Positions 1 to 14,647 are shown, numbered from the stretch's first letter. The stretch is 64,000 nt of DNA from Chlorokybus atmophyticus (GCA_009103225.1 RHPI01002823.1:907797-971796), one strand, 5' to 3'. The notes: generated from the letters alone by a model not told the origin. Numbers and translations: made by a program.

Positions 1-1701
1 TTGCGTGTATTACTTCATGCCACCACGTGACACGCAAACATCCTCATACACATACGTCGTGAGTGGCGACCATGGCTGGCTGGCTAACTTCTCCCTCCTC
101 CGCGATGCTCTACAGGTGCTTGCCGCTACCGCGTCCCTCTACCCCCACCCCTCCCCCAGTCTATAGCTACTGCACTTAGGTATAGCTTAGTGGGGCCCCC
201 CACCCGGTTGTCTTGCCCTTGCTTGTGTTGTATTATTAGGCTTGGATGTGTTGTGTGCTTGCTGCCTTGACTACTTGGCCCCAATCCATCTGTTGTATAC
301 TATACATGCTGCAGCCATAGCATACAATCATCGCTGTCACCTCACCACCGCCACACAAGGTGCTGCAGCTAGCTCATGGCGTCTGTGCCAACAGGCGCGC
401 CTGCTACGGGGGCGGACGCAGCCCTGGCCACGGAGTCAGAGGTGATGTGGGCGACGTGGGCGGCACGGCAACATGGGCGGCGCGGCGTGACTTGGGCAGG
501 CGGGACGTGATGCGGGAGCGCATGTGACGCTGGGAGTCATGCGGTGGTGTGCTAGCAGCGAGCGTGTGTACGAAAGAACGCCGAGGATATCGGCTGTGTA
601 CAAAAGAACGTCGATGGAATGGTGTAACGCATGCGACACATAGGCTGAATACTAATGCTATACTAATATTTCAACTAAGATACACGGCAATCAGTTCGTG
701 TCTATGCCTAACCCCCCAACAACACAATGCATACAGCACAGCACAGCCAAGGCAACTACACTAGCGCCGCCAAGACACATAGCACACATGTCATAGCATA
801 GCTGGCAGCATATTGCCAGCTAACCCAATACACAGCACACGGCACAATTCGGTCATTAGGGCACCACTGGGCGGTGTCATAGATGAGCATGACGCGTGTA
901 CATGTATATAGAGTGTTGACTTATGTACCTTTACATGCATAGGCCAGCAGCAGCCAGATGCAGAGCCGCAATGTCTGTCACACTGTCAATGCGTCAGCAT
1001 CGACTATAACAATGACAACATCCATCATGCACACAAAATATCTCAAAATATTAACATGTGCACATGCTTGCAGACTTAACAGGGTTGGGCAGTAGAGTAG
1101 TGAAGTAGGTAGTAATATGTAGTATGTACTTGACCCGGTTGTTGTGACTGAGGTGAGAATGGTCGGAGAGTGTCCATGCCTGTGTCGTACATGTTGCATA
1201 CATTACATGCATATTCTGTACACTTGTTGTGTAGTATAGCTCACCTTTCCCAACGTGGCAGCTCACATTCAACTAGTCCACACTTTCCCGATCAATTACA
1301 TCTTATCCTTTGGACAACGTCCATTCATGACATTTACACCAACACAATGCTAACTCAAGCACATAATTTCTTGTACAACAGCTTATATTACATGAGAAAG
1401 ATTTGCCTGTGTTGACTTGCAAGCTGCGCAGACTCACACTGAAATAAGTTGCTGCCATGTTGGACTGTGCTTGGGCTGGCGTACGTTGCATGGGCCGTGC
1501 AATGGTGAGTCACATGCACAGCATTACACATTTTTTACACAAGTGCATACCAGGTGCATTTATGTACCTGCACAGGTATGCAAATTCAACTAAGGTTGAC
1601 AATCAGCATTAAGCGTACACTGTTTCACCTCTAATCCCAAAAAAGAATATGGTATCAAAAGAATGTACATCCCCGTATGGGGCAGATATGTTACACCCAA
1701 A

Positions 1702-3215
1702 CTACTTCTTGCCACCCGTGAAAAACCCATGCATGCCACCGGCTTCGCTTCCAGCCTCCATAGAGTGCGCAGATTTCAACTCGACGGCATCCATGTCATC
1801 CTTGTCACTCTGTTATGTCAAAGACAATTCAATTACTACTGAATGCAGACTCCACCAGCAACGTCAGCAGATCTGCAACTTACCACAAGAGGGCCCTGAA
1901 GATCAAACTTCACAGCCCAACCCTCTATGATCTGCTGATCAGTATACGTTGTCTTCTTGTAGCTGTCACGTGACTCCAGCTTCTGCACGTGCATTGAGTT
2001 CAAGTTCCTGCTGCAGATGTGTGCAAGGCAGGCAGCACCATCGTGTGCGCAGCTGTGCGGGGTCGTACCGACATATAGTCGCTGAGGGAATTAAGCTCAA
2101 GTGGGAAGGCGTAGTGGTAATAATGTCCTGTGGCAACACGCACATGGCGCAGCTTCGGCGCAAGATCCAGGTCGTGCTCTGTCACCTCTTTCCCAGCCAC
2201 ATACGGACCCTATTGACATGCCAAGTGCTGTTGATAACGAGTGGTAGGCAGGCAGTACTGCAGTCGTCACAGCAATGTAACTACATGAACCAAGTGTTGC
2301 AAGGTGTACAACTCACGTGCTCTTTGAGGTGGGTGTCAAATTTCGTCAGCTCCTCCTCCAGCTTCTGACGGTGCTCACTGGTGGCCTTCTTCTCCCTGAT
2401 CCACTCCATGAACTCAGGAAAAATGTTGTTGCCAACGCTCTTAAACTCCTCCGGAGTCTTGAGTGATGGCTCTGGGAACCTGATAGCATGCAGCAGATCA
2501 GCACAGGACCAGGACACACGCACACGCACAAACGCGCGCATGCGCAAACGCCCACATGAAATCGCAACCTCGCATCAGAACTTCAGAATCCCAGCCAGAA
2601 CTTACTTCTCCTCTAGGTACTGGATGATCTTCTCAGAGTCTTGGATCCACTTCTCTCCATCGCGGAGCACAGGCATCAACCCACTTGGGTTCTTCTCAAT
2701 GAAATAGTCTGGCTTATTCTCATTGGGACCCTCCTCAATGTATGTAGACTTATACGGCAACTGCTTCTCCTCCAGCGTCAGGTATACACGCTGGGAGAAC
2801 GGGCCTGCAATGCACGCATTTCACATGCCATAATTAGCCTCATCCATTTGACATATATGGCCTGATAGCCAGCTCCACATGCATGCATGCATGCATACGC
2901 CAAGCTGTAAGCCTGAACACAGTGCAACCAACCAGCAACATGCCGTAACAAGAATGCATGCCCAATTATCTCTTGCAGAGGCATTCACTCACAATCTCCG
3001 CGCTTGGGTGGCTGAGTGCCAGGCCACGCCTTCCCGTACGTCTCAAGGTCAACAGATCCAGCTTGTGCCGAGGCCATCCTGACTACTTGATCAGCTCGGC
3101 GAAACCCCGCACGCCTGGTGCCACTGTTACCAGCAAGTAATCTCAACCCCGCACCGCTGCTACCCAACCGCCTCAACCCCGCCGCCGCCGTGCTCGTCGC
3201 CACCACCCTCAGCAT
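1702..3215 (-). CDS. DHAR: Dehydroascorbate reductase (GST/DHAR class), multi-exon, probable organellar transit peptide
   Basis: Splicing exon 1 (...KRGD T|gtgagt) to exon 2 (cag|GC CCG) rebuilds GDCPFSQRVYLTLEEKQLPY. Later exons give KPDYFIEKNPSGLMPVL, FPEPSL, GPYVAGKEVTEHDLDLAPKL and QIIEGW. The final exon ending at TAG 1702-1704 is less certain. Confidence 0.88.
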
Positions 3216-3228
3216 GCTGAACGTTACC

Positions 3229-3237
3229 AAACCCTAA
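3229..3237 (-). promoter_or_regulatory. Telo-box (AAACCCTAA) 14 nt upstream of the DHAR start codon; ACGTGG/ABRE-like motifs at 3315-3320 and 3337-3343
   Basis: Exact motif matches next to the ATG; function inferred from plant promoter knowledge. Confidence 0.4.
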
Positions 3238-4736
3238 CTCAAAGCACCTCCACACTGCTATTCGAGCCATGGCCGTGGATAAGCTCGACACCGCCGGCGA
3301 CATCGCCGCAGCTGACGTGGTAGGAGCGCCCGGCCGACGTGGCAGTCCACACTGATCAAAAGACGCTGCCCGGGTCTGGTCAATTGCCTTGTGTCGGACT
3401 GCGCGACGTTGGTCATGCTCGATCCGATCGCCTCAGCGCGGGAGATCTGTGCTGGCATGACGCATAACGCGGGTAGTCCCAGGCTGGGAACTCCCGGCAG
3501 GGTAATTTGCAGCGTGATGCGTAGTGCGTGACACAGCCCCTGGGCAACCTCAATTCCCATGAGTGGCGCGCGCTCAAAATCAAGTACGTGGTAGTGGTAG
3601 GCCTACAGGAATAGTAGGCCTCAAGTTTCCATCTGGATTCCGACATCACTTATTCTAACACGCTCAAAAGGGTTTCATCTTGTTTTGTGTAGTTTTTTAT
3701 TTTTTTTGTTTCTTTTTTTCGTCTTGTTTCAAGCGCTTTGTGTTCCTCCTGATTGTTGTAATTTTAAGCATATCAACTAAACGGGTATTAAATGCTGATA
3801 AAAGTTGATTGCAGTCACAATAAACAACTTTATTCGCGAGTGAAAATTTACACCTGTCAAACGGTTTAACGATTGTGCATGGCAATGTTGCAGCACAATC
3901 ATTCAACGTCAACAATGAAGTGGTATGACTAATATGCTAAATAATGGCCTAATACTTGTGTTGCAATGTTGATAATGTGTGATTGTAGCATTTTAACGTA
4001 TGTTTGCATTAGCAACGTTTGCTTTAACGGCATTTACAACGTACTTTGCATATGGATGTCTACAACGCTTACATCGACATGATTCATTACAAAATTAGCT
4101 TTTATAACTATGATCAATGTGCATCACGTTGTTTTATTCTCAATTTTACTGATGTTGATTATCTGCATGCAATGTTACATGATGATTGTATAATATGCAA
4201 CATAATCATACGTGCAAAATAACATTGTGCATATCACCATACTTGCTATTATGTTATGGTTTACTTTCTCACGTTGAGTTGTCAACCCATTACAAGGGAG
4301 CCTGATTGCTTGAACCCGTTCATTGCTTATATTTATTACTGGTGCGAACTCGGATCATATAGCGTGTGGCTCACACGGTGCGATGATAGTTGCACACACA
4401 TGTGCATGTCGAGCTACAACTATTCCATGATGTAGTGCGTATATTTCAGAATTCAAGATAGTGAGTGAGGTTTCCTCACTGAGCATCTTGAGAACATTAC
4501 TCTTTTAGAAGCAAAAGTGTTGTATTAACAGTGTTGATCTGAGGATGTTGATTCAACGCCCTCAGGTCAAGCTTTCAACCCATCAACACCTACCTCATGC
4601 AGTTCAGGACTCAGGACTCACCCTTATGACCGTCGGTCTGCTTCCTTAATTTGAGGCTTGGCGGCGCCCATGCAACATGGCAAGCGCGCGCCAGCCACGC
4701 TCCGGCGCGGCGCTTCAATTTGCCCACAACGCGGTC

Positions 4737-4746
4737 GCCACGTGGC
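4737..4746. promoter_or_regulatory. Perfect palindromic G-box GCCACGTGGC in the GC-rich region upstream of the mitochondrial carrier gene
   Basis: 10-bp palindrome seen directly, lying between the divergent DHAR and MTM1-like genes. Confidence 0.4.
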
Positions 4747-5666
4747 CGCACCGTCACAGATCGCCGCCGGAGTGCCGAACTCGTTCTCCAGTCACGCTAA
4801 GTTTAACGCACAGAAGCCCGCGGATGCACGGCTACCTAACCGGCTGTTCTCGGTGACTTTAGCCGTGATTAGGGCTGGCATGGCGAGGAAATCAACTATT
4901 CGTGCCAGTGGCGGCGGCGGTGGCGGCGAGGTGGTTGGGATCGGCGTCGTCGGCATCGTTGTCGTCGTTGCTTGATTCGTCGCTGGCAGCTTTATCCAGG
5001 GGATGTGTCGAGGAGCTACGTGAGTTGAGAGGTGAGGAGAACAGTGACCGGCAAGTTCGCCGCATGCTGTACTCCCAGGCTGAGAGTACAGCACGCGGCT
5101 GCGAGTCCGGTAGCATGCTGGCCTGTTCACCCACGCGGGTGTAATAATAGTATTGATCAGAACCGAAAGTTTACCCTTAGTCGTGCAATTTACATCTTGC
5201 AGTGCATGTAACTATGCTGATGCTCATCGTTCACTGTTTTATGAGACATGTTTGTCTGATCAATAGGGTTTTGGCATTTGTGTGGGATGCATATCGTCAT
5301 GCAGTTTAGCGATGCTAGTTTGTCATGCATACTTTATTACTCGAGTATAGTTTAGTTTATCAACGTGCTTCACGACTGTACTCCGTGTCATCCGTTCGTG
5401 GATGCAGGATTGAAAATGCAACCGGTTGGTAACTACTATTTGCAGGTGTTTTATTTACAAGCAAGTACCGTGTGAAAGGTGTGCAGTGACAACAGCTGTT
5501 GACAATGCGCAAACCGAGGTGTACGCGGTTAGCATGGTAGGTCGCATGCCAGCATGCTCACATGCATGCGCTTGCGCGCGTTTGCAACCCACATTCTTGC
5601 ATGCATACGCTGATCTATGCCTGATGATCAGATCCCCCCTTATCAGCATCCCTTCCTATTGTCAAC

Positions 5667-7650
5667 ATGGTCAACATAAGTCAGCCCGAAGTAAATATGC
5701 AAGACCACCACGCAGCAGCGAGTCCCTCAATGCATAACTGGTCATCAGTTGTCGGCCGCTGGATGCCCGCAGCAGTGCAGCCGGCTGACAGCTGGCATTT
5801 GCGCAACAACAATAACATCGGTGATGATAACAATGCGCCGTCCACGTCCGGAAGTCACATGCCTTTGCCATCTGGTAGAGCCACCCATGAGCTTGCTCTT
5901 CACGAGAAGACTATTGCAGCGGGCAGCGCCGCTGTCGTCTCTGCTGTGGTTGTTAATCCTCTTGACGTAGTTAAGGTGAGTCTTTTGTATGTATATTGGT
6001 TTGCAGTGTGAGTTTGTAAGTACATCAGGCTGTGCTCTCTAATTGCTTGGTTGCTGCAGACTCGATTGCAGGCACAGACCAGCATGTCGAAGGCACATAT
6101 GCCACAGGAGCTGACTTGGGCCAGGGTATGTTGTGTTCTTTGCTTGTCGCAGTTAGTTGTTGTCTCTCACATGTACACACTGGCTGTGACGCCAGCGCCT
6201 GATGTCCAGTCTTTGGATTTGCTATGCAAAAGTACAAGATTGTGTGCAGATGGCTCTTGCTGGTGGTTGCCCCCACGGTTGCACGCCACGTGTGACAAAC
6301 TGTGCTTTACATCCTTGTCCTCCGCAGTACTACATCTACGATGGGTCTCTGGACGTCATCAACAAGATCATTCAGCAGGTAGCTCTACCTCATTTTGCAA
6401 CAACTTTGCTGTCACAACAATTATTGTTGTTGGAGTACGCAAGGCTTATGTATGCTTGATGTGGGTAACTTTACAGGAGGGGTGGTTACGATTGTGGCGT
6501 GGTACTGGAGCCGCATTGATGTTAGCCGTGCCCACTGTAAGTGCCTTGACCACTTTCGTCACTCATTGTGGATGCGTGCATGCATAAATGTATGGCTTGC
6601 ACATCCGCATGCACGCACATGAGCGTGTGTCTGCAAGCATGCGCACACATGCTTATACCACACACATGTATTTAGGTTAAGCGTTTGTGTTTACAGGTTG
6701 GTATATACCTCCCGCTGTATGACTTCCTCAAAGATAAGGTAGATAAGAAGCTACCCGGCCATGAAGGCGCTTCACCGCTCATTGCTGGCTCAGCTGCTCG
6801 CTCCTTTGCTGTGCTTGCGTGCTCTCCTCTAGAATTGGCACGCACGCGTATGCAAGCCAGCTCCTCTTCGCACAGCTCCATCGCCTCAATTTGGCAGTCT
6901 GTCTGGAACGACCGCAATGGCGCATCGTCCACAGGTTGGTGCTTGCGCGCACAGGCATGCGCGTGCACGTGTGTGGTGCGCACATATGTGTATGGCTTCA
7001 GCGAGCAGTGTGTCCAGTAAGGCTCACTACTTGTTGCTTGCCAGGGCTGCACAGAATGCGTGGGCTTTGGACAGGCGCTGGCACGCAGCTCATCCGCGAC
7101 GTCCCTTTTTCTGCCATCTACTGGGCCACCCTTGAGGCTGTGAGGATACGCCTCCTCCCAGAACCTACTCCTGGCCCTGAGTCGGCATCAAAGGTATGAG
7201 TTGTACTAAGTGGTTTATTTGCAAGCTATACAACCAACCTGTCGGTGTCTTGCATTGCGGCCACTCTGTTGGCCTGATTAAAGAAATATTGTGTTATTGC
7301 AACTCTTGCCAACAGTTATATTTCAATAGTCCAATGCACAGTTTATCTGCATGCAGGTGTTCCAGGCAAACTGCGCAGCTGGATTTCTTGGCGGAGCGAT
7401 TGCTGCGGCGGCCACAACGCCGTTAGATGTAATCAAGACCAAGCGGCAGATTGAGGCTGATCCGGCCCGGTTGCAGCGAAGCAATTTCGGTATGCTGCGC
7501 GAAATTGCCAAAGACGGTGGGGCAAGGGCGCTCTTCACGGGAGTCATCCCGCGCGTGGCTCGCGCAGCACCTTCGTGCGCGATCGTCATCACTTGCTATG
7601 AGCTTGTGAAGAACCACTTCCTGCAGATGGATAGTGCCTTTCTTAGCTAG
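5667..7650 (+). CDS. MTM1: Mitochondrial carrier, SLC25A39/40 / MTM1-like, multi-exon
   Basis: Three carrier repeats: NPLDVVK|TRLQAQ, SPLELARTRMQA and TPLDVIKTKRQI. Also EGWLRLWRGTGAALMLAVPT|VGIYLPLYD, RDVPFSAIYW and RAAPSCAIVITCYE. The start could be 5667 or 5697. Confidence 0.9.
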
Positions 7651-10149
7651 GGTTACGTGGGGTCTTGATCGGAATGCGGGTGACTCTGTCTGTAGAACTC
7701 TCGGCGCATTGCCATCAGGTATATGATGTGGTGTTGTGTTTGCTTCAAGCAGTTGTTAGTATATCTCTTTGCGTGACTGGAGTGACGCAGTCGCATAGTT
7801 GTGCATCTTGTGAACAACTGTACTGGCAGGGTTATCCCACAATTGAGTGCTATTGTAGCAGTGCCATGGCAGTCCGCAACCTCATATCTGTCAGCAGTCT
7901 GCACATTATTATGCATATTACTCGGGTGAGACGGTATATACTGTTGTGATCATTCTACGACCCTTAAAAAAAAATGCGGCTGTATGAATACTTCAAGTCT
8001 TGCAAGTGATGCACAGCTGTGCGCCTATGGTGTCACTTGCGTGCATTGGCACATCTGACATGATGCCATCTACCCCACCCCACCCCCCCCCCCACCCCTA
8101 TCAACCAATGTGGATGTAATCAAGCATGGTGTTAGATATGTCACATATGTACACACGCAACACAATGCACCATGAACACTATCAACTACTGCATTGCAAC
8201 CACTACACACTTCCAAGTTGTCCCCACCGAGTTAACATGGTAGTGCGGTAGGTGCATCGCATACTGCCATTAACGCTTCCCTGTTAGATGCATGCACATC
8301 ATTATTGCTTTTCACTGTATACGCGTTGTCCACCTCCGGAGACTTCGCATCTGCTGAGCATTGCATGTTAAATCATGCACGGTTGCCATATAGGTGCCCA
8401 TCATAAAAACATGCGTGCCATGCGGCAGGACTCCTGCTGCTGCGTCATCGTTGTCATGGTCGTCTGTCAACGCCGCCGCGGGACAGCGCACTGCTGCCGC
8501 AACTTGCACTATATGCATCAGACCTCTAGCCAGCCCTTTGTGCATATAGTTACATATATGATTGCTTGCTTCCTGGCTTGGTTTTAATTTGCAAATGCAT
8601 CCACCCGCATAGTGGCACATGCGTGGCACAGCTTATTATATCAACGCAACTTGAAAAGTTTGAGAGAAATGCATTTGATATTACAATGAGTTGCGTAGTG
8701 CAGTTGGTCGCAGTTTTCGCATGAATGATCCACACTTATCTTACTTTTGCAATTGTATGAGTAGCTTACAAAGATGATGGTTGCTGTATCTATGTTCGTT
8801 TTAAGTGTCATGTCATGGTGCCACTGGGCATGATTTTCATTATCAATGCTATCAACAATTGCCAATGTCAAGCTGGCTGCTTAACATAACTTTATGCAAG
8901 CGGCTTGCATAGTGCCGTAGTGATGGAATATTTGAAAATCTGCAAAAAGCTATCAGAAGCTCCAGCAAAAAAGAAAACATTCATTTTTCAACCCCGTCAA
9001 ACCATGAGTTTCATTATATTTTCACTGGAATGCATATATCTCGCCAAGTGTTTGATCAATAAGTTATTTTCGATACACCTTCAAGAGCCTCTTGACTACA
9101 TTGTCATTTTATATGCAAAAATTTCTAGGCACTTTGCTACTCGTGCTCAACCCATGTCATAGACGACTCGTATATAATACAGAAGCTTTTTGTGCTTGAA
9201 ACACAACATGCAGGCACGCGTATACACACATGCCCACGCATTTGAACCCATCCTCTCACTCAACCATTCCATTACAACAAGCTTGATTACAAATTCATCA
9301 AAGCCAAGGAACGGCAATATGGACCATGTGTGTGCATGTAGGTTTGGCCAAGTTTTGTATCTTACTTATCATATTCCACTTGTTTTTGTATCTTGATTTA
9401 TGCATTTAACATCATGCTTGATTATTACGAAGCCAGTAACAATAACATATTAAACATGGAATCAATTCGAGAGGTTTAATAAAGCTAACAAGAACATGCA
9501 TCACTTATATTGCAGATCATTGTGTATACGAAAACATTTTATGTTTATATATCATGTCATGTTCGACAGCTTGAGTGTATCATGTGTTCAAAATAGCTTG
9601 TTGCGGCAAACTTCTGCTTGATTTTTCACATTTGTACATGAAGTCGTCCTTATTTGCTTAAAAATACATATTTTGTTCGCACAAATTGAGCTACCACACA
9701 ACTAACATTTGAATTGTATTTGTGTAGAACGATCACATTATGTTGCCAATGTTGGTGCACCTAACATTAACATTACAAGTCAGGCAGCCCCGGGCGGGCG
9801 GAGAGTTGAAGAAAAAGGCATGAGTGCTTTTGCAGCAGCAAAATCAATTCTAGACATACAGTGGCGGTGTAGTTGAGGCGTCAGGGCGGAGGCCGCGGCG
9901 CAGGAGGACGAGGTGCGGAAGGAGGAGGACGAGTAGAGGCCGGAGGTGCAGAGCGACAAATACGCACACTTAGGTATACGGTGGTGACATGACTACGAGG
10001 CTGTGGCTGGGCGGTGGTTGATTGTTTACTGAGACAGAAGGAGAGAAGTGGCGAGGACTTTTCCACTTGGCTGCTGCCTAGAGCTGCCTGCTTAGTTGGG
10101 ACATAAGGGTTGAGCCGCCTGGCCTGGCGCTCGCGTGTCGCAGCTGACC

Positions 10150-13100
10150 ATGAACGACCGCAAGGTCATTGAGCTTGAGACGGGATGGGATCGCATGAAA
10201 AGGGGCATCAACAAGCTGAAGAATCTGCTGGAGGGTCGCCCGGAGTCGCAATTCAACGCCGAGGAGTACATGACGCTTTACACGTGAGTTGTGCTGTGTT
10301 CGTGTTAGCCGAGCAGTGTAGACGGCTTGGTTACTGGGTTGTTGTTTCGCTGTTTTGACACAGACCGCTAACCCTAAAGCAACTTCCAATTGTCACGCTT
10401 GTTTTGTAAGCTGAAGTGTGGTTTGCAATTGCGTTGCGGTCTTTGTGCCATGTCGCTACGTGCTTGAGCCATTTGTCCGCGCCTTAGGGTTACAACAGTA
10501 GCAGCTGTTCGTTGTTGATTATGCAGTTGTCATGTGGACGGCATGTGCTGCTGTGTAGAAGCGCTGCGAGCGCTTGCTAGCTGTTGCATGCACGTTTTGC
10601 TCTATTACACGCATGCAATGGCTCTCCAGCAGCCACTGTGCTTTCAGGCTGAGGGCCATCTCAAGGAAGCGGTGCAGATAGTCATGCTTGTGGTGCACTC
10701 AGTAAAACCACAGCCATGGGTATACTATCGTTCTGGGTAGTTTGGTTGTTAAAGATGGTGCTTGTTGCAGAACCATCTACAATATGTGCACTCAGAAGCC
10801 GCCCCACGACTACTCACAGCAGCTGTACGAGCGGTACCGAGAGGCATTCAACGAGTACATAAAGGATGCGGTAAGCACGGTCTATCACTAAATAGCCTCA
10901 AGTTAGTGGCATGCCCTAGTTGCTCCGCATGCATGCATATTAGTAGACGATAGTTTGTAAGTTGCAGTGTAAGAAGTTTCTTGTGAAGTTTTTACATGCA
11001 CGTCAGGTTCTACCAGCCCTGCGTGACAAGCATGATGAGTTCATGCTGCGCGAGTTGCAAAAGCGCTGGGACAACCACAAGATCATGGTCCGCTGGCTGT
11101 CCCGCTTCTTCAACTACCTTGATCGCTACTACATTACCCGGCACTCCCTTAGCAACCTCTATGATGTCGGCATGCTTTGCTTCAGAGATTTGGTACGCAA
11201 TTGTGTCTTGCATGCACAGCAGGTCGCTGACAGCATGCTCTAGCTTTACCAGGCTGTCGCTAGCTGACATGACTTTGCTCAATCAGTTGGCATAATCTTA
11301 CTTGACAGGTGTATTCGGAGCTAAAGCGCAATGTTAAGGATGCAGTGATCACTTTGGTATGGACAGATTATATTTTTCATGAGAGATTGCCACACGTTTG
11401 TGCAGGTGGTTTACCATGCTCACTCTACGTACGCACACAGATTGATAGGGAGCGGGAGGGAGAGCAGATAGATCGTGCATTGCTGAAAAATGTGCTGGGC
11501 ATTTTCGTCGAAATTGGCATGGGTTCCATGGATGCGTATGAGAATGACTTTGAGGCGGCGTTGCTATCAGACACATCTGCTTACTATTCGCGCAAAGCAG
11601 CTGTTTGGATCCAGCAGGATTCATGCCCAGATTACATGTTGAAGGTGACCAGCAGAGCATGTTTGCATTGAGTTGCTCCTCTTCCGCTTAGTTGCCAAGT
11701 GTTGATTATTTCCATGATGACAGGCTGAGGAGTGTTTGAAAAGGGAGAAGGAGCGAGTTGATATGTATTTGCATTCTAGCAGCGAACCAAAGCTGTTGAA
11801 GGTGGGCGCAATTGTGTCCGGTTGTTCGCAACAGTTTGAAATCGTGTTTGTAGCACACCCTTGTAGTTTCAGCTCGTGCTTAACAAGTAGTCGGCCTCAG
11901 GCTGTGGACGAAGAATTGCTTGCAAAGAATAAGCACACACTGTTGGAGAAGGAGCACTCAGGGTGCCATGCACTCTTGCGGGATGATAAGGTAAACCGCT
12001 GTTGGAGTCATCACTTGCTACTTCATCTTCACCCTTCCGATTGCATGCAGTGCAGCGCTTGCAATGTCATAGCTATTCTTGCGAAGGGAGGGTTTTTCTA
12101 ACAACAGCTCCTGAGTTCAGGTCTCGGATCTGTCGCGCATGTATCGGTTGTTTGAAAGGATACCCAAGGGACTTGAGCCAGTCAGCGACATCTTCCGGCA
12201 GGTATGGGTGATGACATAGCTGCTTGCAGACTGATTGATTGTCTTGCACACACAAACAGCCATTGGGCTGTCAGCTTGGGTTTCTTGGTTCTGAGTGTTG
12301 TACTGTTGTAGCACGTCACTGCGGAGGGCACTGCGCTGGTCAAGCAGGCAGAAGAAGCAGCAGCACAGAAGAAGGTAACATGCGTGGGAGGAGCCATACC
12401 ATTGCAAGCATGCAACTGACGTTGTTGCTACTTTTTTTGGGCAGGATGCGAAGAAGGACATTGTGGGCACCACAGAGCAGGTGTCGTTTTCGGTTGATTG
12501 TGACATGCATACACACATGATCTACAAGCCTGCATGAGCATGTGCGCGCAATGCAGTGTGTATGTGAATGCTGTTAGGAGTAGTATCCCTCAAGCTATGC
12601 ATGCGTGTTTGCCTCACTGCACTTGCTCAGCAGGTGTTTGTCCGTCGGGTGCTCGAGTTACACGACAAATACCTACAGTATGTCACTGAGTGCTTCAGGA
12701 ACAGCCCGCTGTTCCATAAGGTGTGCAACAATGCCGCTTTTCAGAGCAACACAGGTGCAGCAATTGTGGTGATAATCTTCTGCATGGTAGGCTTTGAAAG
12801 AAGCCTTTGAGGTCTTCTGCAACAAGGGTGTTGCGGGCAGCGCCAGCGCTGAGTTGCTCGCAACATTCTGCGACAACTTGTTAAAGAGGGGTGGCACTGA
12901 GAAGCTGAGCGATGAGGCCATTGAAGACACGCTGGAAAAGGTGGGATGAGAGGGCTTGCATGCGCTATTCTCAGTTAGCCTCACACACAGAGGCAATTTT
13001 GACTGTACACCTTTGCACTGCAGGTGGTGAAGCTGCTCGCATACATCAGTGACAAAGACTTGTTTGCGGAGTTCTACAGGTTTGTATAGCTGTTTGTTGC

Positions 13101-14647
13101 GGTGAGCAGCTAGTATGGATACTGAGTCAATAACCGTCGTGTTGGACAGGAAAAAGCTGGCGCGGAGGCTGTTGTTTGACAAGAGCATGAACGACGATCA
13201 TGAAAGGAGTATACTGACCAAGCTCAAGCAGCAGTGCGGTGCGCAGTTTACTTCCAAGATGGAGGGCATGGTGAGTGAGCAAACTTGTTTCTGGCAAGGG
13301 GTATACCACAGCTTTTGCGTGGTCACAAGTGTGATGTTGGTGTTACATAGTGTCGCCATGTTTGTATGCAGGTCACAGATCTCACGCTAGCCAAGGAAAA
13401 CCAATCGCGCTTCGAGGAGTATTTGGGTGAACACCCAGACAAGAAACCCAACATTGATTTGACTGTGACTGTGCTGACCACCGGCTTCTGGCCAACATAC
13501 AAGTTCACAGATCTTGCCCTTCCTGAAGAAATGGTAAATACTGATAGTTCTCCTTGAGCATCACCTAGATCAGTTTGCGATTTGTTGTGATGTTGGTGGG
13601 CATACATGTGCAGTTGGTTACACTGCACTTGCTGTCTTGTCGCACTGTGCCCAAGTGTGACATGATGACTGCTGTATACAGGTGAAATGCGTTGAAGTCT
13701 TCAAGGAGTTTTATGAGACGAGGACCAAGCACCGTAAGCTCACGTGGATTTACTCCTTGGGGACATGCCAGATCACCGGCAAGTTCAAGCCCAAGCCTAT
13801 TGACTTGGTCCTTTCAACACTTCAGGTGCACATTCGATCCTTTATGACTTATGTCCACCGGTTGTAACTCAAGCTGTTGACTGCTGCATGTTGATGAGCA
13901 CAAGTAGCTGAGTTGGGTTGCGTTCACCCATCAATTGGTCACTCAGGTCTTGTTTCTTCACAGGCGGCCGTCCTGCTATTGTTCAATCAAGCAGACCGGC
14001 TTACATACTCAGAGATCAAGGGCCAGTTGAACTTGGCGGATGAGGAGGCCATGCGCATGCTGCAGTCTTTGTCCGCACTGAAGTACAAGATCTTGATCAA
14101 AGAACCGGGTGAGCGTCACATCTCACAGGATGACGTGTTCTACTTCAATTACGACTTCACAGATAAGATGCGACGTATAAAGGTAAGGAGTGCTGAGATG
14201 TGTATGTGATGCGACTATGTTGTATCGCGGGAACATGAGCGTACTTGACCACTTGCTTGCAGGTGCCTCTGCCACCCGTTGACGAGAAGAAAAAGGTGGT
14301 GGAGGATGTTGACAAGGACAGGCGTTATGCCATTGATGCTTGCATTGTGCGCATCATGAAGAGCAGAAAGACGCTGACTCACCAACAACTTGTGCTGGAG
14401 TGCGTTGAGCAGCTCAACCGCATGTTCAAGGTATGTTGTGTTGGTTAGTTGTCACCAATTTCTGTCCTGTCTAACAGGCACTGCATGCTGTCCCTGGCTC
14501 TACATGCGTGTTCGTGCACTCTTTCAACCCTCGCAATATGTGCAGCCCGACTTCAAAGTCATCAAGAAGCGAATAGAGGACCTGATTGCGCGCGAGTACC
14601 TGGAGAGAGATAAGGAGAACTCCAACTTGTTCCGGTATCTTGCGTAG
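10150..14647 (+). CDS. CUL1: Cullin-1 (SCF scaffold), multi-exon
   Basis: [102 protein letters not shown], the neddylation motif IVRIMKSRK and [16 protein letters not shown]. Confidence 0.97.

Noticed and set aside
1-620. Possible element end or GC-rich exon at the window start, with a 20-bp imperfect direct repeat (565-584 / 595-614)
   Set aside because: No recognisable protein, terminus or TSD within the window; the resemblance to 15510-15630 is too weak to call.
3680-4500. AT-rich tracts (also ~8640-9780 and ~26300-27200) as possible viral or horizontally acquired DNA
   Set aside because: No long ORFs or motifs. The 26.3-27.2 kb tract is simply the duplicated flank of the F-box-like unit.
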